This document shows positions 34,201 through 49,000 of a stretch of 64,000 bases of DNA, one piece after another. Within the stretch, counting starts at the first letter, position 1, and each line of letters opens with the position of its first letter. The notes below the pieces were generated by a model that was not told the origin of the DNA, did no database searches, and saw nothing but the letters and a program-made list of their open reading frames with translations. Position numbers and translations under genes: made by a program. The stretch is from Amphiscolops sp. MND2022 (Eukaryota), in assembly GCA_964187785.1 (NCBI GenBank), contig OZ076409.1, positions 47,494,001 through 47,558,000 on the forward strand, given 5' to 3'.

Positions 34201-36566
34201 AGTTCACAGATTTCATCAGCCGTAACCCTACCGAAAATCCGGAACCAGAAGAAATTTACGAAGAAGAATTTGTAATTAACGTCATCGTGCAACTAGCCAC
34301 GGTAAACGTCCGCATAGGACGGATTTTCAACCAATCAGACGGCGAGAACGCGACAAACGAAACAAGCATGCTTGATACGCGCTCGCTAATTGTTACGCTA
34401 AACAAAACAAAAGCCATATTGACTCAAATTACCGTGCTCAACAGCTACATTCAAATACGGATACCAGCAGCATAAGCAAGCACCATTCAGAAATGAATAA
34501 GTACCAAAACAATTGCTACTTCCGTGTGGAAGGCATTACAGTGCATAAGCAAGCTATTTTGCTGCTTGCTTGTCGTGGAATCCGGGACATGAAAATTCCG
34601 CTGCTTGTCCGTGGAATGCTTGCTTGTGGAATCCGGGACTTATGACGTAATTTGCCAATTTTGCACGGTTAAAGGTATGGTCGTGGAATCCGAGGTATTG
34701 AAAGCACAAATTGCGCTTTGAACAAATTAAGCTTGCCTATGCACTCTAATGGGACAATTACGTTATCACTGGGGTGCTGACCGAGAAATTATGGCCATCA
34801 CCAACAGAAGGAATAAATCACCCGAAACTTCAGAAGTGGTCACGAGAGGAATAGAGCTAGCAAAACCCGGAGCAATGAGATTTCGGAGACGAATTACCAC
34901 AACGAACAACACAAGATCAAACAAACAGAGAAGACACCCGCCACGAAAACGGGGACGCCGAATCAACTACTTCAAACAAGTCTGAAGAAGCGGTGGCAAC
35001 CCACGAACCCGGAGCTTACCCCGCAAAACCCGTCCGAGAATACCGCGACGGCCCTATTGAAGAGATAGCGGTACACTATGTAAGAATAAACCGCATAGTG
35101 GAAGAAAAGGCCAAACGCAACGAACATTAGGAAGATAATGTTAGATCGCCTGAATTAGACTAATCTTAGACCTGGAAACGCTCATCAAAGAGACGGCAGC
35201 CGATCCAGAACTCATCGAATTGAACTGTTGCATAGAAGACAACAACAACAACTTGATTCCCAATGACTACAGTACAGTGGCCAAAAAACTAACTCATCGC
35301 TGGACATCATCATGGTCGACGATAGAATCATTATACTGAAATCCCTGAGATATGCTGCAGTCAACGCCCTACATTTTGGACATCTGGGCATCAAGAAAAT
35401 GTGCAGCGACGCAACTGTATTCTGGTGGCCGAACATGCGGGAAGATATTGTAAAGAAATCAAAAATATGCTCAGCCTGCCTAAACGGTGGAAAGAATTTG
35501 AAATCTCAAATACCCCAAACCGAAAAAGAAACAAAAATCGAACCGTCAGACACACCGCGTGAAGAAATCCAATTGGATTTCACCGGAAACCTACACAAAA
35601 GAAAATTAACCTCCACACCGTATATACTAATTGCGGTCGTCAAAAATAGTCGCTGGCCAGGAACTAAAATTTTCAAAAACACAAACGACGAAACCGTAAT
35701 AGCATTCTCAAGGAATACATAAATGTATACGGAGTGCCAAAACAAATTGAATTGGATAAAGGAGGCGCTTCTGTTTCAAACGAATACAAAGAAATTTGCA
35801 AAACACAAAACATTAACTACATTTACGGTACCGCCAACTTACACACTGGCACCGGATTGGTGGAACGCACAATCCAATCACTCAAGAATTTATTCTTAGT
35901 CAAACTGGAAGACGGACAAATCCTCCGCGAAAGCATAAACAGAGCACTATTTGTCCTAAGATTCATCAAACACTCCGAAACCAAGAAAACACCGTTTGAA
36001 GCACACTTTGGACGCGCCCCACAATCTAATCTAAAAAATGCTATTTCAGTGGATTCCAAAGATCGCTTAGTATATATTACCCGGAACACTCTCGGAGAGA
36101 TCACTGATCATCTGGTTATGTCAAAAAAGAAGAGGGTGGAACCGAAATTCTGACGGGGGATGACTTTCTCTCAAACCAAAAAACCGACCAATACGGTAAG
36201 TACAATCAAATTCAACTATCCTTTCAAATTCTACGAAAAAAAACTACAAAAAGAATTCTCTGGACAGCAAGTTCAAAAATAAAATCCAAACCACCGTATC
36301 GGCAACGGAACATACCATAACTACCGATAAGAACAATGTAATACATCGAAAATTAATTTCTAACCCATTACATTTACAGCTAACAGCAACAGCACCGACG
36401 AAACTAATCAACACACGTCAAAACACCGCTGACCAACCTACTTGCTCCAAAACCTTGGATCAACCAAAATACAACGTAACGCCCTGCATTTTCAGCAGAA
36501 AAGAGGCACCCAAGCCCCTTAATCAGGAAAGAAGCGAAGACTGGATAAAGAAAAAAGACCAACCAC
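31260..36566 (+). mobile_element. Ty3/Gypsy LTR retrotransposon copy 1 (5' LTR 31260-31499; degenerate gag-pol; 3'-truncated)
   Basis: LTR starts TGTGAC after the TSD CTCAC; PBS TGGCGCAGTAGC at 31500; zinc knuckles CGFCG..HKC and CNNCHKIGHFARVC; protease IDIG; RT; RNase H; integrase. Many frameshifts and stops. Confidence 0.93.
34534..34751. mobile_element. 218-bp MITE (EnSpm/CACTA-like) private to array unit 1
   Basis: 22-bp TIRs CATTACAGTGCATAAGCAAGCT / AGCTTGCCTATGCACTCTAATG (2 mismatches); the empty site GGAAGGACAATT in units 2-4 shows a 2-bp GG TSD; internal GTGGAATCCG repeats. Confidence 0.85.
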
Positions 36567-38720
36567 GAATATAATACTTCATTGGTTTTATCAACGCTGT
36601 AAAATTTCAGTCAATGAATCAATCTCAATTCTCATTGGCTGTTTTTAGGAAGTTATGTAATCTTTCCAGCATCGTTTCAGTCGCAAATATCTAAGAATAT
36701 CCGAATTTTTAACCAATCCAACTTCAGTATAATTCAATTTATTCTATGGAGTGGCAGAGGTAACATTATTCCCAATGGGAGGCAAAGTATTTCTCTAGCA
36801 AAGAAAATCTTTTGAAACAACGAATTTTTAACATTTTCTGAGTTCATTGATTTCCACCAACTTTTCATTTATTGAGCTGTCATTGAGTGATCCTTGACCG
36901 AGTTTAATTTTTTCCTCAACCGCACACCCCTATTTGGGAACAACTCGATCCTTTTTTCGTCCAAAAACAGCAGACTTTTCCAAAAATGATCAGATTTTTG
37001 TAACATATCTTTCGCCCAAATAAAACGTTTAAGTCGATTTGCTCTGTAAAGAAGAGGTTTTGAAGCGCAAATCGTTGGTTCACTAGGTTTGAAGCAATTT
37101 GTTAACTAAATACTATCAGCGTCGATTAAACCCGCGCGAGAGAACGCCAGGTAAATGAAACCCTCGACACCTTGTTTATTTAGGCAACAATAAAGAAAAA
37201 TTGTAGTCCTTATTTTTTATCACAGCACTGTACGTCATATCCAAATTATATTACGCTATACACGTTACATGCGATAATAATCAGAGGTGTAAAAATTTAT
37301 ATTGTATTGCAATATATTGCAATTAAATACAGTTAATATATTTATTTAGTTGGAGCAAAAATACAATATATTCATTGAAATAAGGCAATTATTGTCAGAA
37401 TTCTACAATATATTGCGCAAAAAAATTATTGCAAAATAGCAATGAAATTTCATTTATTATGCATTTTAAACGGACTAGAAGTGAAAGACTATTAAGGGAG
37501 ATTTTGTGGACGAAGCTTTGAAAGAACTGGAAGCAACACTTCCTGCCAACAACTTTGACTATTAATTTCGAGAGTGTAGTATTAATTTCTTTATACAAAT
37601 AAACAACATTGGGATGTTTGCCTTGTAAATGAATGTTTCTCTGCCCAATAAAATATTTCACAATGTATTGTTTTACTAAAATATTGCAGGACAATAAATA
37701 CAATATATGTATTGCTGCAATTGAATCAAACAATATAATAATTATTTTGAAAAAATATATTTAAATACAATATTTCACACCCCTGATAATAATGCGAATA
37801 TCGTTAATTTCTGAGGGAAGAAAATGGTCCTGAGCGGCATTTGAACTCATAGACTGCTACTTAAGAAGCACGAATCCCAATAATTAGACTAAGTGATAGC
37901 CAATCGGCATGAACAAACTCTGTCCAAAGAGTGGAATATTCAGTGTGAGTTCTGTGACCATTACAAAAACTCACCATTCTAACTGTCCAAACCAAGTCGG
38001 GCTTGCTTCATGACAATTGACACGTAGTGTACTCCGAATCAAACAACGACCCCAAAGAAACCTAAACTCTGTAGGTTTTGTCTCAGAAGCGGACTTAGGG
38101 TTTGATTCGAGAAGCAAGTTTATCAAATGGTTGACTCCATTTCCATATGGAATTTTTCGTCACGGCCACCTAATTAGTATGTAGTTTTCTCTTCTGAAAC
38201 TTTTTCATAGAGTATCATCTAATAAAATGAAGCTCTGAAAAATGCTAAAAATTCTAACTTATGATAAGTGTTAACGGAAATGGTGTTTTTTTTCAAAAAC
38301 CCGTGAATGAGCAGGACAGAAATTTATCGCGCCTTTGTTTGCTTGAGTGTCAAGGAAATCTTTTTGTCTGCACGGACTGAAATTTTACATATATTGCATT
38401 GCAATGTTTTTTTTTTCGCGGCAAACCATCATCTGCTTTTTGTAATCATTTATTTTTATTACTTTGCCAAACTGTTGGAATTTATATTCTCAGAAAAGGT
38501 TTCTATAGCCCGCCTTTAGTTCCTACAAAGTTGTGTCATTTTAGTCAGCAATCGACCCAATGACCTTTACATTAGACGGTACCGTAACAGTTTTTAAATT
38601 TGATTCCAAAGAAAAAATCCCGACCTAACATGATTACGAGTAAAAGTACTAAATATTGGTTTCGACAGAACTGCAAAATGATTCGGTTCCAGTTGTAACA
38701 AGTTGCTTTAATTTCCTCAC

Positions 38721-41700
38721 TGTGACATGCTGCCATCATGGCCTCCACCGTAGATTCAGTTCATACCGTAACATACTGACTTAGACAAAGAGACTTGGTC
38801 TTGTTTACCAATAAAACTCTAATTACTGTTATTTTATGTTATTGTATTGCTACCATCATTATGTTTTGATACGAAGCTTAGAAATACATACATTGATTAA
38901 TACTGAGTTAAAGTCCTAACACAAAGAACTGTTTTAACCGTGAGATGCTAGTTTACAATATGGCGCAGTAGCAAGATTTTATTTTTACCGTGTAAAACCC
39001 ATCTTATCCGACAAAAGAAAACAATGACAGCAACCACGAACATACTACTACCCTACCTTAAAGACACTGTACTTGACGGTAAAAATTATACACCCCCAAA
39101 AGAATGGACCGAACGAATGAAACATTACATCAAACGAATCCACGACATCGATATAAAACAGGCTTTATCCAGCCAGACAATACCAACGAACAATGGATGG
39201 ACAGAAAAAGGACCCATAATAAGACATGATTTTACTTGAGGAGCTGGACCCTCCGCGATAGAGATTATTACAAAAGGAGATTATTACCGATCCAGACACA
39301 ATCAACACCGTAAAACTCATATAACTATTCAAAGACTATTATATGCCTAAACGCAATACCTACCATAGCCGTGGAGACTTCTTCTGGGCAAAGAAAGAAG
39401 ACAATGAACCACCAGAAGACCACTGTCGAAAACTTGTATCGTTGGAAAGAAACTGTGAATTCAAAGACATCAAACAAGAAGACCTATTGATATCAAAATT
39501 TATCACCAGCATAACCGGCAAAAAACTACGGGAAAAACTTATTCGAGAAAAGGCTCTGAACCTGAAAACCACCATGGATCTGGAAACCCAAGACAGCTAT
39601 GAAAGAAAGCATAAACAATCAACAATACCAACAGCACTCGCGAAAGAAAAGGAAATAAAGAAGAACCGATATAAAAGATACAGCCGCGAAAAAACAAAAT
39701 TACCGAAAAAACACCAAAACAACAACAAAGAAAATGAACTGTGGATTCTGCGGGCAACAAAATTGGTCGCCACAACACAAATGCCCCGCAAAGACGGTGG
39801 AATGTAACAATTGCCACAAAATAGGACACTTCGCGAGAGTGTGCCGTAGCAAAACGGACAATACAAGAAAGCAAAGCGTCAACTACCTCGAAGCAACACA
39901 CAGCGAAGAGGAAGAAAGTGAACCGGAAGAAATCCAACAAATAACCCAAATCAACGGAATAATACCGGAGAAAAATGACAATTACGGCATCAGACTGAAA
40001 AACAATGGAAAATACCAAAATTTCACAATCGACATCGGACCTCCGGTCACAATCATGCCAAACAACCCGAATCTATACAACCAAAAAGATATGCACCCAC
40101 TGAAAAAAATACCAGGACGTGAACAAGAATGAAATAAAAATCCTGGGGAAAATATCGGCAAACATTGAATACAACGGCGAAACCACAAAACTACCGAGAC
40201 TCATTACACAGAGAAATGACATTACACCACTACTGGGTGTAAATTGGCTAAAACAATTATCAAATACCATAAACAAATTTTCATTGGATGATCACACCAA
40301 CCAATTAAACAACATCCACTGAAAATTCCTGAAATTATTCGAAACGAACCATACAATCAAGAACGCAGAAGTGAAAATTCAGATAAAATCTGGATGCTAC
40401 CCAATCCAACAGAAAGCCAGACCAATACCTTACCACCTACAAAAAGACGTAAAAAATGAACTGAACCGATTAATAAAGTCCGGACATCTCAAAAGACTGG
40501 AAACAATCGAAGAACATTGTTTCGTATCACCCGTAGTAATTACGGTAAGGAAGATAAAACGGTAAAAATCGCATTAGACGCCCGTAAACTAAACGACAGC
40601 TGCGTGAAAAAAGACCGCATATGCCAAACATGGAAGAACTACTAAACCAAATATCCGCCGAACTATCAAGAAACGACAACGATCCAATTTGGATTTCCGT
40701 GATAGATCTCGATTATGTCTACGGACAAAGGAGACTTGCACCAGAAACCAGCAACACTGCAACTTTGCAGTAACCGGCGAAAATATGAACGGCTACCACC
40801 GACCCCTAAAAGGAATCTACTTTCCAGCAGACATACCAACAATCTTCCAAGAGAAAATTGATAGAACCCTGAGACACCAAACACCGGTTTGGTCGGACGA
40901 TATCATCATCGTCACCCGTGGAACAAAAGAAGAAGACATCCGAAAACTATATTCGGTACTCTCCAAACTAGAAAACGAAGGATACAGAGCAAGCAAAAAA
41001 AATCAAAATTTTACCAAAAAGCAACAATATGGCTCAAACACACAATATCACAAAACGGCATCAGACCAAACAAGGAAAAACAGACGCAATCAACAAATTG
41101 CAACCCACCACAAACACCAAAACATTAAAAACCTTTCTCGGTGCCATACAATATTTCGCAAAGTTCTTACCCAACCTTTCCGAAAAAACAGACAACATGA
41201 GACGAATACTCGAGAAGGGAACAAAATGGGATTGGACGTCGGACCGAAATACGGGTTTTAACAAAATAAAACAAGAACTAACAAAACTACTCTGCCTAGC
41301 AGACTACAACGGAAACAAAGAAAACATCGTTACCACCGACACTAGTAAAACCGGATTGGGAATAGCACTATGGCAAAAACAAGGAAACAACGAACTAAAA
41401 CCCATTGCATTCGCCAGTCGCAACTTGAACGATGCCGGAATAAATTTTCAATCGGTGAATTAGACTTATTAGCCGTGGTTTGGGGTCTGGAAAGGTTTAG
41501 ATTCCACCTGTACAGGAAACAAATACAACTATTTTCCGACCACCAAGCACTGGAAGCACTTTTGAAACGAAGGAAAGCAAATAAACAAAACAGTGCACGA
41601 CTAACCAGGTGGCTGGATTGACTAAACCACTTCGACATCAGCCTAAAACATACCGCCGGTAAAGAAATCAAGTTCACAGATTTCATCAGCCGTAACCCTA

Positions 41701-43840
41701 CCGAAAATCCGGAACCAGAAGAAATTTACGAAGAAGAATTTGTGATTAACGCCATCGTGCAACTAGCCACGGTAAACGTCCGCATAAGACGGATTTTCAA
41801 CCAATCAGACGGCGAGAACGCGACAAACGAAACAAGCATGCTTGATACGCGCTCGCTAATTGTTACGCGACGCTAATAAACAAACAAAAGCCATATTGAC
41901 TCAAATTACCGTGCTAAACAGCTAGATTCAAATACGGAAATCAGCAGCATAAGCAAGCACCATTCAGAAATGAATAAGTACCAAAACAATTGCTACTTCC
42001 GTGTGGAAGGACAATTACGTCATCACTGGGGTGCTGACCAAGAAATTATGGCCATCACCAACAGAAGGGATAAATCACCCGAAACTTCAGAAGTGGTCAC
42101 GAGGGGAATAGAAGGAATAGAACTAGCCAAACCCGGAGCAATGAGATTTCGGAGACAAATTACCACAAAGAACAACACAAGATCAAACAAACAGAGAAGA
42201 CACCCGCCACGAAAACGAATCATACAGGGACGCCGAATCAACTACTTCAAACAAGTCTGAAGAAGCGGTGGCAACCCACGAACCCGGAGCTTACCCCGCA
42301 AAACCCGTCCAAGAATACCGCGACGGCCCTATTGAAGAGATAGCGGTACACTATGTAAGAATAAACCGCATAGTGGAAGAAAAGGCCAAACGCAACAAAC
42401 ATTAGGAAGATAATGTTAGATCGCCTGAATTAGACTAATCTTAGACCTGGAAACGCTCATCAAAGAGACGGCAGCCGATGCAGAACTCATCTAATTGAAC
42501 TGTTGCCTAGAAGAAAACAACAACAACTTGATTGCCAATGACTACAGTACAGTGGCCAAAAAGCTAACTCATCGCTGGGCATCATCATGGTCGACGATAA
42601 AATCATTATACTGAAATCCCTGAGATATGCCGCAGTCAACGCCCTACATTTTGGACATCCGGGCATCAAGAAATTGTGCAGCGACGCAACTGTATTCTGG
42701 TGGCCGAACATGCGGGAAGATATTGTAAAGAAATCAAAAATATGCTCAGCCTGCCTAAACGGTGGAAAGAATTTGAAATCTCAAATACCCCAAACCGAAA
42801 AAGAAACAAAAATCGAACCGCCAGACACACCGCGTGAAGAAATCCAATTGGATTTCACCGGAAACCTACACAAAAGAAAATTAACCTCCACACCGTATAT
42901 ACTAATTGCGGTCGTCAAAAATAGTCGCTGGCCAGGAACTAAAATTTTCAAAAACACAAATCACGAAACCGTAATAGCATTCTCAAGGAATACATAAATG
43001 TATACGGAGTGCCAAAACAAATCGAATCGGATAAAGGAGGCGCTTCTGTTTCAAACGAATACAAAGAAATTTGCAAAACACAAAACATTAACTACATTTA
43101 CGGTACCGCCAACTTACATGCTGGCACCGGATTGGTGGAACGCACAATCCAATCACTCAAGAATTTAATCTTAGCTAAACTGGAAGACGGACAAATCCTC
43201 CGCGAAAGCATAAACAGAGCACTATATGTCCTAAGATTCACCAAACACTCCGAAACCAAGAAAACACCGTTTGAAGCACACTTTGGACGCGCCCCACAAT
43301 CTAATCTAAAAAATGCTGTTTCAGTGGATTCCAAAGATCGCTTAGTATATATTACCCGGAACACTCTCGGAGAGATCACTGACCATCTGGTTACGTCAAA
43401 AAAGAAGAAGGTGGAACCGAAATTTTGACAAGGGATGACCTTCTCTCAAACCAAAAAACCGACCAATACGGTAAGTACAAACAAATTCAACTATCCTTTC
43501 AAATTCTACGAGAAAAACTACAAAAAGAATTCTCTGGACAGCAAGTTCAAAAATAAAATCCAAACGACCGTATCGGCAACGGAACATACCATAACTACCG
43601 ATAAGAACAATGTAATACATCGAAAACTAACTTCTAACCCATTACATTTTCAGCTAACAGCAACAGCACCGACGAAACTAATCAACACCCGTCAAAACAC
43701 CGCTGACCAACCTACTTGCTCCAAAACCTTGGATCAACCAAAATACAACGTAACGCCTTGCATTTTCAGCAGAAAAGAGGCACCCAAGCCCACTAATCAG
43801 GGAAGAAGCGAAGACTGGATAAAGAAAAAAGACCAACCAC
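38721..43840 (+). mobile_element. Ty3/Gypsy copy 2 (5' LTR 38721-38960; 3'-truncated)
   Basis: Same LTR, PBS and gag-pol remnants as copy 1. Confidence 0.93.
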
Positions 43841-46023
43841 GAATAAAACACTTCATTGGTTTTATCAACGCTGTAAAATTTCAGTCAATGAATCAATCTC
43901 AATTCTCATTGGCTGTTTTTAAGAAGTTATGTAATCTTTCCAGCATCGTTTCAGCCGCAAATATCTAATAATATCCGAATTTTTAACCAATCCAACTTCA
44001 GTATAGATCAATTTATTCTATGGAGTGGCGGAGGTAACATTATTCACAATGGGAGGCAAAGTCTTTCTCCAGCAAAGTTCAGAATGCTAATTTTTCTCAA
44101 AGAAAATCTTTTGAAACAACGAATTTTTAACATTTTCTGAGTTCATTGATTTCCACCAACTTTTCAATTATTGAGCTGTCATTGAGTGATCATTGACCGA
44201 GTTTAATTTTTTCCTCAACCGCATACCCCTATTTGGGAACAACTCGGTCCTTTTTTCGTCCAAAAACAGCAGATTTTTCCAAAAATGATCAGATTTTTGT
44301 AACATATCTTTCGCCCAAATAAAACGTTCAAGTCGATTTGCTCTGTAAAGAAGAGGTTTTGAAGCCCAATCGTTGGTTCACTAGCTTTGAAGCATTTTGT
44401 AAAACTAAATACTATCAGCGTCGATTAAACCCTGGTGCGAGAGAACGCCAGGTAAATTAAACCCTCGATACCTTGTTTATTTGGGCAACAATAAAGAAAA
44501 ATTGTAGTCCTTATTTTTTATCACAGCACTGTACGTCATATCCAAATTATATTAAGCTATACACGTTACATGCGATAATAATCAGAGGTGTAAAAACTTA
44601 TATTGTAATGCAATATATTGCAATTAAATACAATTAGTATATTTATTTAGTTGGAGCAAAAATACAATATATTTATTGAAATAAGGCAAATATTGTCAGA
44701 ATTCTACAATATATTGCGCAAAAAAATTATTGCAAAATAGCAATAAAATTTCATTTATTATGCATTTTAAACGGACTAGAAGTGAAAGACTATCAAGGGA
44801 GATTTTGTGGACGAAGCTTTGAAAGAACTGGAAGCAACACTTCCTGCCAACAACTTTGACTATTAATTTCGAGAGTGTAGTATTAATTTCTTTATACAAA
44901 TAAACAACATTGGGATGTTTGCCTTGTAAATGAATGTTTCTCTGCCCAATAAAATATTTCACAATGTATTGTTTTACTAAAATATTGCAGGATAATGAAT
45001 ACAATATATGTATTGCTGCAATTGAATCAAACAATATATTTATTTTTTTTTGAAAAAATATATTTAAATACAATATTTCACACCCCTGATGATAATGCGA
45101 ATATCGTTAATTTCTGAGGGAAGAAAATGGTCCTGAGCGGCATTGGAACTCATAGACTGCTACTTAAGAAGCACGAATCCCAATAATTAGACTAAGTGAT
45201 AGCCAATCGGCATGATCAAACTCTTTCCAAAGAGTGGAATATTCAGTGTGAGTTCTGTGACCATTACAAAAACTCACCATTCTAACTGTCCAAACCAAGT
45301 CGGGCTTGCTTCATGACAATTGACACGTAGTGGACTCCGAATCAAACAACGACCCCAAAGAAACCTAAACTCTGTAGGTTTTGTCTCAGAAGCGGACTTA
45401 GGGTTTGATTCGAGAAGCAAGTTTATCAAATGGTTGACTCCATTTCCATATGGAACTTTTCGTCACGCCCACCTAATTAGTATGTAGTTTTCTCTTCTGA
45501 AACTTTTTCATGGAGTATCATATAACAATATGAAGCTCTGAAAAATGCTAAAAATTCTAACTTTTGATAAGTGTTAACGGAATTGGTGTTTTTTTTCAAA
45601 AACCCGTGAATGAGCAGGACAGAAATTTATCGCGCCTTTGTTTGCTTGAGTTCCACGGAAATCTTTTTGTCTGCACGGACTGAAATTTTACATTAATTGC
45701 ATTGCAATGTTTTTTTTTCGCGACAAACCATCATCTGCTTTTTGTAATCTTTTATTTTTATTACTTTGCCAAACTGTTGGAAATTATATTCTCAGAAAAT
45801 GTTTCTATAGCCCGCCTTTAGTTCCTACAAAGTTGTGTCATTTTAGTCAGCAATCGACCCAATGACCTTTACATTAGACGGTACCGTAACAGTTTTTAAA
45901 TTTGATTCCAAAGAAAAAATTCCCGACCTAACATGATTACGAGCAAAAGTACTAAATATTGGTTTCGACAGAACTGCAAAATGATTCGGTTCCAGTTGTA
46001 ACAAGTTGCTTTAATTTCCTCAC

Positions 46024-49000
46024 TGTGACATGCTGCCATCATGGCCTCCACCGTAGATTCAGTTCATACCGTAACATACTGACTTAGACAAAGAGACTTG
46101 GTCTTGTTTACCAATAAAACTCTAAGTACTGTCATTCTTTGTTATTGTATTGCTACCATCATTATGTTTTGTTACGAAGCTTAGAAATAGATACATTGAT
46201 GAATACTGAATTAAAGTCTTAACACAAAGAACTGTTTTAACCGTGAGATGCTAGATTACAAAATGGCGCAGTAGCAAGATTTTATTTTTACCGTGTAAAA
46301 CCTATCTTATCCGACAAAAGAAAACAATGACAGCAACCACGATTATACTACTACCCTACCTTGAGGACACCGTACTTGACGGTAAAAAATTATACACCCC
46401 CAAAGAATGGACCGAACGAATGAGACATTACATCAAACGAATCCACGACATCGATATAAAACAGGCTTTATCCGGCCAGACAATACCAACGAACAATGGA
46501 TGGACGGAAAAAGGACCCATAATAAGACATGATTTTACTTGAGGAGCTGGACCCTCCGCGATAGAGATTATTACAAAAGGAGATTATTACCGATCCAGAC
46601 ACAATCAACACCGTAAAACTCATATAACTATTCAAAGACTATTATATGGCTAAACGCAATACCTACCATAGCCGTGGAGACTTCTTCTGGGCAAAGAAAG
46701 AAGACAATGAACCACCAGAAGACCACTGTCGAAAACTTGTATCGTTGGAAAGAAACTGTGAATTCAAAGACATCAAACAAGAAGACCTATTGATATCAAA
46801 ATTTATCACCAGCATAACCGGCAAAAAACTACGGGAAAAACTTATTCGAGAAAAGGCTCTGAACCTGAAAACCACCATGGATCTGGAAACCCAAGACAGC
46901 TATGAAAGAAAGCATAAACAATCAACAATACCAACAGCACTCGCGAAAGAAAAGGAAATAAAGAAGAACCGATATAAAAGATACAGCCGCGAAAAAACAA
47001 AATTACCGAAAAAACACCAAAACAACAACAAAGAAAATGAACTGTGGATTCTGCGGGCAACAAAATTGGTCGCCACAACACAAATGCCCCGCAAAGACGG
47101 TGGAATGTAACAATTGCCACAAAATAGGACACTTCGCGAGAGTGTGCCGTAGCAAAACGGACAATACAAGAAAGCAAAGCGTCAACTACCTCGAAGCAAC
47201 ACACAGCGAAGAGGAAGAAAGTGAACCGGAAGAAATCCAACAAATAACCCAAATCAACGGAATAATACCGGAGAAAAATGACAATTACGGCATCAGACTG
47301 AAAAACAATGGAAAATACCAAAATTTCACAATCGACATCGGACCTCCGGTCACAATCATGCCAAACAACCCGAATCTATACAACCAAAAAGATATGCACC
47401 CACTGAAAAAAATACCAGGACGTGAACAAGAATGAAATAAAAATCCTGGGGAAAATATCGGCAAACATTGAATACAACGGCGAAACCACAAAACTACCGA
47501 GACTCATTACACAGAGAAATGACATTACACCACTACTGGGTGTAAATTGGCTAAAACAATTATCAAATACCATAAACAAATTTTCATTGGATGATCACAC
47601 CAACCAATTAAACAACATCCACTGAAAATTCCTGAAATTATTCGAAACGAACCATACAATCAAGAACGCAGAAGTGAAAATTCAGATAAAATCTGGATGC
47701 TACCCAATCCAACAGAAAGCCAGACCAATACCTTACCACCTACAAAAAGACGTAAAAAATGAACTGAACCGATTAATAAAGTCCGGACATCTCAAAAGAC
47801 TGGAAACAATCGAAGAACATTGTTTCGTATCACCCGTAGTAATTACGGTAAGGAAGATAAAACGGTAAAAATCGCATTAGACGCCCGTAAACTAAACGAC
47901 AGCTGCGTGAAAAAAGACCGCATATGCCAAACATGGAAGAACTACTAAACCAAATATCCGCCGAACTATCAAGAAACGACAACGATCCAATTTGGATTTC
48001 CGTGATAGATCTCGATTATGTCTACGGACAAAGGAGACTTGCACCAGAAACCAGCAACACTGCAACTTTGCAGTAACCGGCGAAAATATGAACGGCTACC
48101 ACCGACCCCTAAAAGGAATCTACTTTCCAGCAGACATACCAACAATCTTCCAAGAGAAAATTGATAGAACCCTGAGACACCAAACACCGGTTTGGTCGGA
48201 CGATATCATCATCGTCACCCGTGGAACAAAAGAAGAAGACATCCGAAAACTATATTCGGTACTCTCCAAACTAGAAAACGAAGGATACAGAGCAAGCAAA
48301 AAAAATCAAAATTTTACCAAAAAGCAACAATATGGCTCAAACACACAATATCACAAAACGGCATCAGACCAAACAAGGAAAAACAGACGCAATCAACAAA
48401 TTGCAACCCACCACAAACACCAAAACATTAAAAACCTTTCTCGGTGCCATACAATATTTCGCAAAGTTCTTACCCAACCTTTCCGAAAAAACAGACAACA
48501 TGAGACGAATACTCGAGAAGGGAACAAAATGGGATTGGACGTCGGACCGAAATACGGGTTTTAACAAAATAAAACAAGAACTAACAAAACTACTCTGCCT
48601 AGCAGACTACAACGGAAACAAAGAAAACATCGTTACCACCGACACTAGTAAAACCGGATTGGGAATAGCACTATGGCAAAAACAAGGAAACAACGAACTA
48701 AAACCCATTGCATTCGCCAGTCGCAACTTGAACGATGCCGGAATAAATTTTCAATCGGTGAATTAGACTTATTAGCCGTGGTTTGGGGTCTGGAAAGGTT
48801 TAGATTCCACCTGTACAGGAAACAAATACAACTATTTTCCGACCACCAAGCACTGGAAGCACTTTTGAAACGAAGGAAAGCAAATAAACAAAACAGTGCA
48901 CGACTAACCAGGTGGCTGGATTGACTAAACCACTTCGACATCAGCCTAAAACATACCGCCGGTAAAGAAATCAAGTTCACAGATTTCATCAGCCGTAACC

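Noticed and set aside
43435..43968. 177-aa ORF (also at 50738-51271)
   Set aside because: Fortuitous read-through from the Gypsy post-integrase frame across the duplication junction into a MITE; not open in unit 1.
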